From contig JBBQNU010000001.1 of the NCBI GenBank assembly GCA_038330285.1, forward strand, positions 1 to 58,648: a DNA stretch of 58,648 nt. The letters are read 5' to 3'. Positions 30,903-40,571 of the stretch are shown one piece after another. The DNA comes from Hyphomicrobiales bacterium (GTDB lineage: Bacteria; Pseudomonadota; Alphaproteobacteria; Rhizobiales; Aestuariivirgaceae). A program made the position numbers and the translations under genes. Under the pieces are notes generated by a model. The model saw only the letters and a list, made by a program, of their open reading frames with translations, had not been told where the DNA came from and did not search any database. How positions within the stretch are numbered: the first letter of the stretch is position 1; every line of letters begins with the position of its first letter.

Positions 30903-32565
30903 AGCTTTCGCGGATGCGCAGATTGCGCGTGAGCAGGATGATGGGGATAAGGCCCGCCGCAACAATGGTGAGCGCCGGGGCGGCACTTTCTTCCAGTTGC
31001 CCTAGCGAAGCCAGCAGGAATACCTGGGTTGCCAGCGTCTCGAAATCGAATGGCCTGAGAATGAGCGTGGCGGGAAGCTCCTTCATGCAGTCGACAAAAA
31101 CCAGAAGCGTGGCGGTGATCAGCGCCGGGCGCAGAATGGGCAAATGGATTTCCGCAACAGTGCGCAGCGGCGTGCGGCCCAGGGTGCGCGCCGCAAAGGT
31201 GAGATTGGGCGTCACTTTTTCAAGGCCGCTTTCCAGCGAGCCGAAGGAGATGGCCAGAAAGCGGATGGCATAGGCAAAGATGATCGCGGTGATCGTGCCC
31301 GACAGCAGAAGGCCGGTGGAAACGCCAAAGGCGCTCCGCATGAAGGCATCAACCGTGTTGTCGAAATAGGCCAGCGGAATAAGTACGCCAATGCCAAGCA
31401 CCGTTCCGGGCATGGCATAACCGACACTGGCAAGCCTGAGGAAGGTGGTGATCCGTGTGCCGCGTTGCGAACGGTGGGCATAGGCGAGGACAAGGCCGAG
31501 GACCACGACAACAAGGCTTGCCACCAGCGAGAGAACGAATGAGTGCCACATGGCTTCGAAATAGTTTGCAGAGAGGATATCTTCCACATGCCGTGCCGCG
31601 AACCGCAGGAGAATAAGAGCCGGCAGGATGAAGCCCAGAAACACCGGCAGGAAACAGGCAAGCATGGCCAAAATCCCGCGCCAGCCCGTAAGTCGCGTGC
31701 GCCGCGGGGCCATGGGATGGCGTGATCCCGGCATGGTGGATTGGCGGCTGCGCGCATGGCGCTCAACCCACAAGAGCGCGAAGACGAAGATCAGAAGAAA
31801 AACGGCCAACTGCGCCGCCCCGCCCAGGTTTCCTTCGCCCAGCCAGGTTGTGTAAATGCCAAGTGTCAGGGTGTTGACGCCAAAGAAACCAACTGCCGCA
31901 ATGTCGTTCAGACATTCCATCAAGGCGAGGCTCACGCCAACTACAATGGCTGGACGGGCTTGCGGCAAAGCCACGGAAAGAAAGGCCCCCCACGGCGATT
32001 TGCCAAGGGTGCGCGCCACGTCAAGCTGGCTCATGGGCTGGCGCAGGAAGCTTGCCTGCGCCGTCATGTAGACATACGGATAGAGCACCAGCGCCAGCAC
32101 GATGACCGCGCCGGGAAGCGAGCGGATTTCCGGAAACATGTAGTCCTCGGGACGGGTCCACCCCATGGCGCCGCGCAGCCAGGTTTGCAACGCGCCCGCA
32201 TAATTCAGGAAATCCACATAGGTGTAGGAAACGATGTAAGTGGGCATGGCCAGCGGCATGAGGCAGGCCCACTGCAGGATCCGCCGCAGCGGAAAGTCAT
32301 GCAGGCTCACCAGCCAGGCCGTGGCCGTGCCGATGATGAAAGTTAGCACTCCCACCCCCGCCATCAGGCCAAGGGTGCGCCAGACATAGCCCGGCAGAAC
32401 CGTGCCCAGCAAATGCGGCCAGATGTTTTCGCTTGCGGCGAAGGAGAGAAGTACAATTGTCAGAATGGGCAGCGCCACAAGAACCGCTATGAGGCCTGCG
32501 CCAAGCATAAGCCAGGTCTCGGCAGGGGAAGCCCCGGACTTCGCGCGTGTTGAAATGACCGCCAT
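30895..32565 (-). CDS. Fe(III) ABC transporter permease (FbpB/SfuB type)
   Basis: Duplicated permease: PLAMP.Y, YPYVY, ARTLG, GYAMPGTVL and KELPATL.LRPF.FETLA. Confidence 0.92.
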
Positions 32566-32577
32566 CCCGCGTGACAG

Positions 32578-34971
32578 CTATTCCGCGAGGACGCGCGTTG
32601 TCGGGAATGTAAGTTCGATGAGGGTGCCCTTGCGGGGTTCGCTCGAGATATCGAATTTCGTGCGATTGGCTTCGGCCAGCGCCTTGGTGAGCGGCAAGCC
32701 AAGGCCTGTGCCCTGCACCTCGCGGCCCTCGGTGATCACCCGCTTGAAAGGTTCAAGGGCATCGCGCAATTGCTCGGCATCCATTCCGATGCCCGTGTCC
32801 TTGACGCGGAGTTTGAGTTCACCTGACTTGTTCATCTGGGCCGAAACAATAACCTGTCCGCCCGGATCGGTAAACTTGATGGCGTTCGACAGGATGTTGA
32901 GCATGATCTGACGCATCGAGCGCTGATCGGCCACCACATTGGGAAGATCGCTGGGCATCGCCTTGCGGATCACTACGCGGGCCCCTGTTGCGGCCTCCTG
33001 CAGCATCTTGATGGTGTTATCTGCCGTGTCGCTCAGGTTAACCGCCGTGAAATTAAGTTCAAGCTGGCCTGCCTCGACTTTTGACAGATCAAGCAGGTCA
33101 TTGATCAGCGAGAGCAGCAGCCCGCCGCTGGAGTGAATGTCATTCACATAGCCGCGGTACTTGTCGTTCTTGATTTCGCCAAAGCGCTCCAGCCGCATGA
33201 CTTCCGAGAAGCCCATGATGGCATTGAGCGGCGTGCGCAATTCATGGCTGATGCGGGCCAGGAATTCCGACTTCTGCCGACTCGTGGCCTCGGCCACTTC
33301 CTTGGCCTCGCGCAATTCCGATTCGGTCCGTTTCCACTGGGTGATGTCGCGCACCACGGCGCAGAAGGCAGCACGTGAGGTGAGCGATTGCAGCGCGCCG
33401 ATTGTCAGGAAGAGGGGAACCGATCCACCCTGCTTGACGATGGCAGTGACCTCGCGCCCGTCGTTGAATACACTCGCCAGCCCCGGTCCCTGCAGGGCCG
33501 AGAGATAATCGCGCAGCACTTTCCGGCTCTCCGGCGCCAGCAAATCGCCAAAGGGCTTGTCGGCGACTTCCGCGATGCGGTAGCCGAAAATGGCTTCAGC
33601 ACCGGCGCTGAACGTATGGATCTTGCCATCCCGGTCAAGCGTAATGATCCCGTCCGTTGCCGTATCGAGAATGGCCCGCAGCTCTTCATCGGCCACCGGC
33701 TGCGTGTTCTGAACAATGTCGGGCTGATGGATGATTTCCGGAACAGCAGGAACTGCCTGTGGATCTACAGGCGCAGCAATGACCGCCGGCGGCGGCGCTT
33801 TCACTTCGCTCGGTTTGGCGGCAGGCAGTGCAGCCGGCTTCAAAATGAACTGGCGGGCCGGGCCATTCTGCCAGGCGACCTCGGACAATTGCGCCGCGAA
33901 GCTGACATCCGCGCCGCTTTCAAGCGACAGTGTGGCGGCGGGAACCGATTGGCAAAGCGTTGAAAAATATGTCCACACGGCTTCATCATTGATCAGGTCA
34001 TCAACCGATGCATATCCGAAAATCTCAAGTGCCTTCGGATTGGCGTGCAGCACCTGTTCGCCCTTGCAGATCAAAATGGCATGGACGGACTTGTCGATTG
34101 CGGTGGTGACAGGGCGCGGAATAGCCACTGGTCTGCGCCGCGGCTTTTCCGGCACTGGCTTTCGCTCGGCGACGGATTCGTTGAGAACCTTGCCGAGCTG
34201 ATGAAACGCTTCCGCCTCGGCGGCGCCAAGCTGGGATTTCGCCTCTTGCGGGTGGTTTGAAATGGTCCGCTCCAGGGCGCGCCGTTCGGTAATGTCGTCG
34301 AGAAGCACCATGGCAAAAGCCACCGGGTCTGCCGCGGTGTCCAGCTTTTGCAGGGTGAGCCGGATGTCGCGCTGGCCGATTTTAGTGCGCAGGCGGCGGA
34401 CGTCGCTGACCGTTCCGGTCGATGCCAGCCGCGTCAGCAAATCATCCGCCAGGGAGGAATCCTCCACAAGGGCGCCGAGGCTGGCCCGCTGGTCCGCCCC
34501 GAGCAGCAGCCGTGCCGCCGCGTTCAGCCGGTGCAGCGAACCCTCCCGCCCCATGAACGCCGCCGCCGCGGGCAGCAGGTCAAAGGCCAACGCCAGTTTT
34601 TCCGTCGGAATTTCGGTTGCCGCATCGCTTGGGCTTGCGGCGATCACCAGAAGCCCGGCCCGCCCATCAGCCAGGGCGTGAAGGGTGCAGCGGCAGGGCA
34701 GCGGTGCTGTATGGCCCGAGGAGGGGAAGTGGAGAAGAGTAGATTCGACCTGGCCCCGGCTCAGCCTTTTGGAAAGGCCGGTGATCTGCTCAACCCCCGG
34801 CTCAGCCAGGTCAAAGGGCCGGTCGATCAGGTCAAAAAGCGATTCGCCGCCGAAATAGGCAACCCCCGCCGAGTTCGCCCATACGATACGCCCCCGCGCC
34901 CCGTCCCACAGCCAGGCCGGGCTGGCAAGGGTGCGCAAATCTTCAAGCGTTGGCGCCTCTAGTCTGGTCAA
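32578..34971 (-). CDS. Cytoplasmic PAS histidine kinase of the PleC/DivJ family (PdhS/CbrA-like)
   Basis: No TM segment; PAWLWD..RI.WAN N-terminus, PAS (ILDTATDG), H-box SHELRTPLNAIMGFSE. The neighbourhood (acetoacetyl-CoA ligase, fbpB, phasin) matches my recollection of the S. meliloti cbrA locus. Confidence 0.88.
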   Translation of the reverse strand: MTRLEAPTLEDLRTLASPAWLWDGARGRIVWANSAGVAYFGGESLFDLIDRPFDLAEPGVEQITGLSKRLSRGQVESTLLHFPSSGHTAPLPCRCTLHALADGRAGLLVIAASPSDAATEIPTEKLALAFDLLPAAAAFMGREGSLHRLNAAARLLLGADQRASLGALVEDSSLADDLLTRLASTGTVSDVRRLRTKIGQRDIRLTLQKLDTAADPVAFAMVLLDDITERRALERTISNHPQEAKSQLGAAEAEAFHQLGKVLNESVAERKPVPEKPRRRPVAIPRPVTTAIDKSVHAILICKGEQVLHANPKALEIFGYASVDDLINDEAVWTYFSTLCQSVPAATLSLESGADVSFAAQLSEVAWQNGPARQFILKPAALPAAKPSEVKAPPPAVIAAPVDPQAVPAVPEIIHQPDIVQNTQPVADEELRAILDTATDGIITLDRDGKIHTFSAGAEAIFGYRIAEVADKPFGDLLAPESRKVLRDYLSALQGPGLASVFNDGREVTAIVKQGGSVPLFLTIGALQSLTSRAAFCAVVRDITQWKRTESELREAKEVAEATSRQKSEFLARISHELRTPLNAIMGFSEVMRLERFGEIKNDKYRGYVNDIHSSGGLLLSLINDLLDLSKVEAGQLELNFTAVNLSDTADNTIKMLQEAATGARVVIRKAMPSDLPNVVADQRSMRQIMLNILSNAIKFTDPGGQVIVSAQMNKSGELKLRVKDTGIGMDAEQLRDALEPFKRVITEGREVQGTGLGLPLTKALAEANRTKFDISSEPRKGTLIELTFPTTRVLAE

Positions 34972-35088
34972 AATACCCGCAGCCGGAGTTTACCCGACCG
35001 ATCCCCACGCAATTACGAACCCTCGAGCCCACCATCTGCAGTCGGCCCACTCGCAGGCAAACTAAATCAATTTTTTAAGATCGCGTCC

Positions 35089-35108
35089 ACCTTTGGTTAA
35101 CCAAAGGT
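35089..35108. promoter_or_regulatory. Perfect 20-bp palindrome with CtrA-type TTAAC half-sites
   Basis: ACCTTTGGTTAACCAAAGGT; a further GGTTAAC near 35126. Confidence 0.55.
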
Positions 35109-35156
35109 CATAAAAGTGTACAACTGGTTAACGTAAGGTATCAATTCCGCACATAA

Positions 35157-35190
35157 TGCTGCGTTGCAAGAATTATGTTGCAATGCACCA
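35157..35190. promoter_or_regulatory. Two PhaR boxes upstream of the phasin
   Basis: TGCAACGCAGCA (minus, 35157-35168) and TGCAATGCACCA (35179-35190) both fit TGCRNYGCASMA. Confidence 0.75.
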
Positions 35191-35252
35191 TTTTTGTTCT
35201 TATATGAGATTTAAGCGACCAGTCGCGCCGTTAACCAACTTGGAGAGTGACC

Positions 35253-35711
35253 ATGAGCAAGAAATCAAAATTTGATGCCAATATTGAGATTCCAACCGAG
35301 GCGGTTGAAGTGCAGAAGGAAGCTCTCGAATTCGCCCATAAGTCCGTAGATCAGGCCCAGGTGGTTTTTGAAAAGGCAACTGATGTGGCCCAGGGCAATG
35401 CGCAGGTTTTTGAAGCCGTGGCTTCCGCCTACAAGTCGGGCGTTGTGGACTTCCAGAAGAAGGCCATGGAATTTACCCAGAAGAACATGGAACAGGCCTT
35501 TGCCTTCAGCCGCAAGCTGTTCTCGACCCGGGAATTCGGCGAAGTCGTTTCCCTCCAGCAGAGCTTCGTCAAGGACCAGGCTGAAGCCTTCAAGGCCCAG
35601 GCCGGCGAATTGAATGAAATCGCCGTGCGCTTGTCCACTGAGGCAGCCCAGCCGCTGAAGAGCAGCTTTGAAAAATCCGTCAAGGACTTCAGCAAGTCCT
35701 TTGCTGCTTAA
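35253..35711 (+). CDS. phaP: Phasin
   Basis: Ala/Gln/Lys-rich helical protein with KA.EF...N...AF.F..KL and V.LQQ.F...Q pattern; PhaR boxes upstream. Confidence 0.85.
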   Translation: MSKKSKFDANIEIPTEAVEVQKEALEFAHKSVDQAQVVFEKATDVAQGNAQVFEAVASAYKSGVVDFQKKAMEFTQKNMEQAFAFSRKLFSTREFGEVVSLQQSFVKDQAEAFKAQAGELNEIAVRLSTEAAQPLKSSFEKSVKDFSKSFAA

Positions 35712-35732
35712 GCCGGTTTAACCTTTTGACTG

Positions 35733-35765
35733 AAGGCCCGCGATTGTCGCGGGCCTTTTTGTTTG
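35733..35765 (+). terminator. Rho-independent terminator
   Basis: AAGGCCCGCGA-ttg-TCGCGGGCCTT followed by a T run. Confidence 0.88.
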
Positions 35766-35812
35766 CTTGAATTTGCAAGCGCACCTCGCTAGTTTGCGCC
35801 GCACTTGAAGAT

Positions 35813-35889
35813 GCAGCTGTAGCTCAGTTGGTTAGAGCGCCGGATTGTGGATCCGGAGGTCGGTGGTTCGAGCCCACCCAGCTGTACCA
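35813..35889 (+). tRNA. tRNA-His(GTG)
   Basis: CCGGA-TTGTGGA-TCCGG anticodon arm, GTTCGAG T-loop, encoded CCA; G1:U72, A73, no encoded G-1. Confidence 0.97.
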
Positions 35890-35898
35890 CTGCAATGT

Positions 35899-37296
35899 TT
35901 ATCTCCGCACCCCCAGCAGATTGTCCGTCGTGAACGCCTCCGCCAGCTGGGCTTCGGTCATCACGCCTTCGCTCAAGGCAACCTCACGGATCGTGCGCCG
36001 GGTTTTCAGTGCGATTTTCGCCACGCGTGCTGCCTCGTCATAGCCGATATAGGGGTTGAGCGCCGTCACCGTGACGAGGGAGCCGTCAAGCAGTTCACGG
36101 CAGCGCTCTTCATCGGCCTCGATGCCCAGCACGCATTTTTCGCGCAACGTCACCATGCCGCGCATCAGCATCCGCATGGATTGCATAATGTTGAACACAA
36201 TCACCGGCTCCATGGCATTGAGCTGCAATTGCCCGGCCTCCGCCGCGAGTGTCACCGTAAGGTCATTGCCGATCACCTGGTAGGCGATCTGGTTGACGAC
36301 TTCCGGCACCACCGGATTGACCTTGCCCGGCATGATCGAGGAGCCGGCCTGCACCGAGGGCAGGCGGATTTCGCCAAAGCCCGCCCGCGGCCCGCTGTTC
36401 AGCAGCCGCAAGTCATTGCAGATTTTGGAGAGCTTCACGGCGATGCGCTTCAGCACGCCGGAGAAGGTGACAAAAGCCCCCATGTCGGACGTGGCCTCGA
36501 TGAGATCGCCCGCGGTGATGAGATCAATGCCTGATACTTTCGAGAGATGGCGGATGACGGTCGCCGGATAATCCCCCGGCGTGTTGATCCCCGTGCCGAT
36601 CGCCGTGCCGCCAAGATTGACCTCGCGCAGCAGATTGGAAAATTCCCTCAACCGGTCAATATCCTCGCCAACCGTGACGGCAAAGGCGCGAAACTCGGAA
36701 CCCAGCCGCATCGGCACCGCATCCATGAGCTGGGTGCGCCCAACCTTGATGATGTGATCGAAGGCCACGGCCTTCTCAAGAAATGCCGCCTTCAGCGCAA
36801 TCTGGCTGTCGAGCAATGAGGGGCAATCGCGCAAAATGGTGAGGCGCACCGCCGTGGGATAAACGTCATTGGTGGATTGCGAGAGATTGACGTGGTCATT
36901 GGGGTTGATGCTGGCATAGTCGCCGCGCGGCTTTCCGATGAGCCGCAACGCCATATTGGCGATGACTTCATTGGCGTTCATGTTGGTGGAGGTGCCAGCA
37001 CCCCCTTGCAGCATGTCCACCACGAAGAACTCGTGGCCCTCGCCCGCAATGATCTGGTCGCAAGCCGCCATTATGGCGTTTGCAATTTTGGGGCTGAGAG
37101 CGCCGAGCTCGAGATTGGCAAGAGCCCCTGCCTTTTTCACCATGGCCAGCGATTGCACCAGTTCCGGATAGTGATTGAGCAAAATCCCGGTGATCGGAAA
37201 ATTCCCGGCGGCCCGTGCCGTATGGATGCCATAATCGGCCGTATCAGGTATTTTCATTTCACCGAGAGAATCTTTTTCGATGCGGTAGGAGGCCAT
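35899..37296 (-). CDS. aspA: Aspartate ammonia-lyase
   Basis: R.EKDSLG, QGGAGTSTNMNANEV, SQSTNDVYPT, GSSIMPGKVNPV and EAGQLQLNAMEP motifs. Confidence 0.93.
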   Translation of the reverse strand: MASYRIEKDSLGEMKIPDTADYGIHTARAAGNFPITGILLNHYPELVQSLAMVKKAGALANLELGALSPKIANAIMAACDQIIAGEGHEFFVVDMLQGGAGTSTNMNANEVIANMALRLIGKPRGDYASINPNDHVNLSQSTNDVYPTAVRLTILRDCPSLLDSQIALKAAFLEKAVAFDHIIKVGRTQLMDAVPMRLGSEFRAFAVTVGEDIDRLREFSNLLREVNLGGTAIGTGINTPGDYPATVIRHLSKVSGIDLITAGDLIEATSDMGAFVTFSGVLKRIAVKLSKICNDLRLLNSGPRAGFGEIRLPSVQAGSSIMPGKVNPVVPEVVNQIAYQVIGNDLTVTLAAEAGQLQLNAMEPVIVFNIMQSMRMLMRGMVTLREKCVLGIEADEERCRELLDGSLVTVTALNPYIGYDEAARVAKIALKTRRTIREVALSEGVMTEAQLAEAFTTDNLLGVRR

Positions 37297-37390
37297 GATT
37301 TGAAACTTTCTGGTTTGAAGGGCCTATCCATAGGCCTTGCAAAAAAATTAAGCAAAGTTGATAATTCGCCCGGTTTGAAAGGCTTTTTGT

Positions 37391-37837
37391 GTGACAATTG
37401 AACTGAGGCCCGATGGCCGCCAATCGGAAACGGCGCTCGCCGTGCAGCGCGGCGTTGGCCGCCTGATGCGCAGCCTTGGCTTTGCAATTCTCAACGAATT
37501 CACCCTCGCCACCGGCCGCCGCGCTGACGTGATCGCCCTTGGCGACAGCGGCGCCATCTGGATCATTGAAATCAAGTCCTCGCTCATGGATTTCAGGGTC
37601 GACCAGAAATGGCCGGAATACCGTGACTTCTGCGACCGGTTCTTCTTCGCCATCCCGCAAACCCTTGATCCCGAGATCATGCCCTCTGAGGCGGGCCTGA
37701 TCGTGGCGGACAATTGGGGCGCTGAAATTCTCCGCCAGTCCGGCGAAACCACGCTGCATGCCTCACGGCGCAAAGCCGTGACCCTGGCCTTCGCCCGCGC
37801 CTCCAGCCAGCGCCTGCACAGCCTTTATGATCCGTGA
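37391..37837 (+). CDS. mmcB: MmcB family DNA repair protein
   Basis: DGRQSE.A, GRRAD, EIKSS..DFR.DQKWPEY..FCD. Confidence 0.92.
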   Translation: MTIELRPDGRQSETALAVQRGVGRLMRSLGFAILNEFTLATGRRADVIALGDSGAIWIIEIKSSLMDFRVDQKWPEYRDFCDRFFFAIPQTLDPEIMPSEAGLIVADNWGAEILRQSGETTLHASRRKAVTLAFARASSQRLHSLYDP

Positions 37838-38383
37838 CTATTTAGGCGCGCGTTTTGCCAGGATGCGCTGCAGGGTGCGGCGGTGCATGTTGAGGCGGCG
37901 TGCCGTTTCCGAAACATTGCGGCTGCAGAGTTCATAGACGCGCTGGATATGCTCCCAGCGTACCCGGTCCGCCGACATGGGATTTTCAGGCAGCGCCGAG
38001 CGGCTGTCCTTGTCGGAAATGAGTGCGCCATAAACCGCATCGGCGTCGGCGGGCTTGGCCAGATAGTCGATCGCCCCCAGCTTCACCGCCGTCACGGCAG
38101 TAGCGATATTGCCGTATCCCGTGAGTACCACGACCCGGGCGTCGGGCCTGCTGGCATGCAGGGCCTCAATTACGTCAAGCCCGTTGCCGTCGCTCAGGCG
38201 CAGGTCGACAACCGCATAGCCCGGCGCGGATTTCTTCACCTGCTGGATGCCCTCGGCCACCGACTCGGCCATTCGCACCTCAAAACCGCGCGTTTCCATG
38301 GCCCGCGCCAGCCGGGTCAAAAAGGGCTTGTCGTCATCAACAAGCAACAGCGTCTTGTCGGCAGGGAGAGTGATGTCAGTCAT
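37838..38383 (-). CDS. regA: RegA/ActR/PrrA response regulator
   Basis: TGYGNIATAV.AVK.GA.DYL.KP and PENPMSADRVRWEHIQRVYELC.RNVSETARRLNMHRRTLQRILAKR. Confidence 0.96.
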   Translation of the reverse strand: MTDITLPADKTLLLVDDDKPFLTRLARAMETRGFEVRMAESVAEGIQQVKKSAPGYAVVDLRLSDGNGLDVIEALHASRPDARVVVLTGYGNIATAVTAVKLGAIDYLAKPADADAVYGALISDKDSRSALPENPMSADRVRWEHIQRVYELCSRNVSETARRLNMHRRTLQRILAKRAPK

Positions 38384-38438
38384 GGCGGTCCTCTTATTGA
38401 CCTCGTTATACGAGTCAAGGGCCCCCTTGGACACCACC

Positions 38439-39788
38439 TTATGGGCTGCCCAAATCCACCGCGCTCCGAGGCCAGCTCAACTGGATAACCGCGCCATGTT
38501 CGGGAAGAGGGCGGTTGGCCAGCGAAACCGTGGCGCCTGAGCGTTCCAGCAGGGTCTTGGCAATAAAAAAGCCCAGTCCCATGCCTTCATGGCGTCCCTT
38601 TTCATCTTCCTGATCGACGCCATAGCCGGGCCGCGTGGTCACAAAGGGATCGCCGAGAAGGTCAAAAATGGCCTGGTCAAAGCCCGGCCCGTCATCGGAA
38701 ATGAGCAGCGATACTTTGGCCGCGGACCATTGGGCCACGATGCTGACTTTCGTCTCGGCAAAATCCACGGCATTCTCCAGGAGGTTCCCCAAGCCATAAG
38801 CAATGGCCGGATTCCGCCGGAACACCGGTTCGGGCGTTTGCGCCGCCGTTCCGTCGCCGGAAACGATGATATCGATGGTGACATCCGGCCCGCGGATGGG
38901 GGCCACCAGATCTTCGATCATGACCGAGAGCTTGACCCGCGCATACATGTCGTCTGCCTGCGTATCCCGGTTGGCAAGGCGCGACAGGATTTCCCGGCAT
39001 CTCCCAGTCTGGCTAATCAGAAGGTCGATATCCTCCGTATGCGGACCTTCCGCCGGCAATTCCCGCTTCAGCTCCTTGGCAACCAGCGCGATGGTGGCCA
39101 GCGGCGTACCCAGTTCATGGGCGGCGGCGGCGGCCAGCCCGTCAAGGGCCGAAAGCCTCTGCTCGCGCGCCAGCACCAGTTCGGCGGCGGTGAGGGCCGA
39201 TGACATCTGCCGGGCTTCTTCGGCAATGCGCCGCGCGTAAATCGATGAAAACACCACGCTGCACATGATGGCCGCCCACAAGCCGCCGATATAGGTTTTG
39301 GGCAGAACCAGGGGCGCGGTTGTATTCCACGGCAGCGGCAGGTGAAAAATCGCCAGAAAGCTGGCGCATAGGAAAGCAATCGTGCTGAGCCACAGCGTCC
39401 ATTTCAGCGGTAGCGACGTGGCCGATACGGTGACCGGAACAAGGAACAGGAAGGCGAAAGGATTTTCGAGCCCACCCGTAAGGTAAAGCAAAAGCGCCAG
39501 CTGAATGACGTCATAGCCCAGAAGCAAGCCGGCCTGGGTTGGCGCAAGCCTTAAGTTGGACCGCCAGCGCAGGGTGAGGAAGATATTGAGCCAGGCGCTG
39601 AGCGCAATGACCCCAAGGCAGGCCCCCAGCGGCAGCGGAAAATCCAGAACGAAATGAACCCCCAGAACCGCCAGCGATTGGCCGAAAACCGCAAGCCATC
39701 GCAGGCGCACCAAGGTCCGCAGCCTGAGCAGCCCCGCCGTTGAATTGAAGGTTTCCGGTCCCTCCGGAGAGGCCGCAAGTAGTGACAT
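38439..39788 (-). CDS. regB: RegB/ActS/PrrB redox sensor kinase
   Basis: TL.RLRWLA..GQ, GGLENPF, AAAHELGTPL, RCREIL and GLGFFIAKTLLERSGA motifs. Confidence 0.95.
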   Translation of the reverse strand: MSLLAASPEGPETFNSTAGLLRLRTLVRLRWLAVFGQSLAVLGVHFVLDFPLPLGACLGVIALSAWLNIFLTLRWRSNLRLAPTQAGLLLGYDVIQLALLLYLTGGLENPFAFLFLVPVTVSATSLPLKWTLWLSTIAFLCASFLAIFHLPLPWNTTAPLVLPKTYIGGLWAAIMCSVVFSSIYARRIAEEARQMSSALTAAELVLAREQRLSALDGLAAAAAHELGTPLATIALVAKELKRELPAEGPHTEDIDLLISQTGRCREILSRLANRDTQADDMYARVKLSVMIEDLVAPIRGPDVTIDIIVSGDGTAAQTPEPVFRRNPAIAYGLGNLLENAVDFAETKVSIVAQWSAAKVSLLISDDGPGFDQAIFDLLGDPFVTTRPGYGVDQEDEKGRHEGMGLGFFIAKTLLERSGATVSLANRPLPEHGAVIQLSWPRSAVDLGSP

Positions 39789-39842
39789 TTAGCCCGTGCC
39801 TTAAGATTTACTCAGGCATGACTTTAGGATAAAGCCTCGCAA

Positions 39843-40466
39843 ATGCCAAAACCGCATTATGCGCCCTCGCGCTTTCAACGCATCTTCGCAATTCTCGCCC
39901 TGCTTGCCGCACTCGTTGTTGCGGGCACGGCCTATTATTTTTCCAGTCAAATTCAAACGGCGACAGGCACCGGCACGGCCCTCGTTGGCGGCCCCTTTAC
40001 GCTCACCGATCAAGACGGGCGCAGGGTCACCGACAAGGATTTTCTGGGCAAATACATGCTTGTATTTTTTGGCTACACCTATTGCCCCGATCTTTGCCCC
40101 ACCGAATTGCAGGTGATGTCAGCCGCCCTGGATAGTTTGGGCGCAAAGGCCGATGCCATCCAGCCCATCTTCATCAGTTTCGATCCGGAGCGCGACACGC
40201 CGGAAGTCTTGAAGCAGTATGTTTCAAACTTCCATCCCCGCCTTGTGGGCCTGACCGGTACGCCGGAGGAGATTGCCGTCGCCGCCAAGGCCTACCGGGT
40301 CTATTACAGCAAGGTTCCGGGCAGTTCCGCCCCTGATACGTATCTTATGGATCATTCCACCATCACCTACCTGATGGATCCACAGGGCAAGTTCCTCAAG
40401 CATTTCAGCTATTCCACAGATTCGGCGGCTTTGGCGAAGGCTCTTGCGGAAGCCGTGGCGCCTTAA
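39843..40466 (+). CDS. senC: SCO/SenC copper chaperone
   Basis: GGPF.L.D, FGYTYCPDLCP, DPERD and MDHS motifs. Confidence 0.92.
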   Translation: MPKPHYAPSRFQRIFAILALLAALVVAGTAYYFSSQIQTATGTGTALVGGPFTLTDQDGRRVTDKDFLGKYMLVFFGYTYCPDLCPTELQVMSAALDSLGAKADAIQPIFISFDPERDTPEVLKQYVSNFHPRLVGLTGTPEEIAVAAKAYRVYYSKVPGSSAPDTYLMDHSTITYLMDPQGKFLKHFSYSTDSAALAKALAEAVAP

Positions 40467-40522
40467 TTTACTGTAATACTAGCACAATGGACGGTTGCAG
40501 GAATCCTAAGGAGTTGTTAGGT

Positions 40523-40534
40523 TGCATTGCAGCA
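40523..40534 (+). promoter_or_regulatory. PhaR box upstream of phaZ
   Basis: TGCATTGCAGCA fits TGCRNYGCASMA. Confidence 0.75.
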
Positions 40535-40571
40535 TGATGCGATCACGCAGCGCTGAAGGGACATTTTCGGA

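Noticed and set aside
35890-35898. Island integrated at tRNA-His
   Set aside because: No integrase and no duplicated tRNA 3' end noticed; aspA follows directly.
37297-37390. LexA box upstream of mmcB; GGCCTAT-cc-ATAGGCC dyad
   Set aside because: No GTTC-N7-GTTC match, and the 7-bp dyad alone is too weak to assign.
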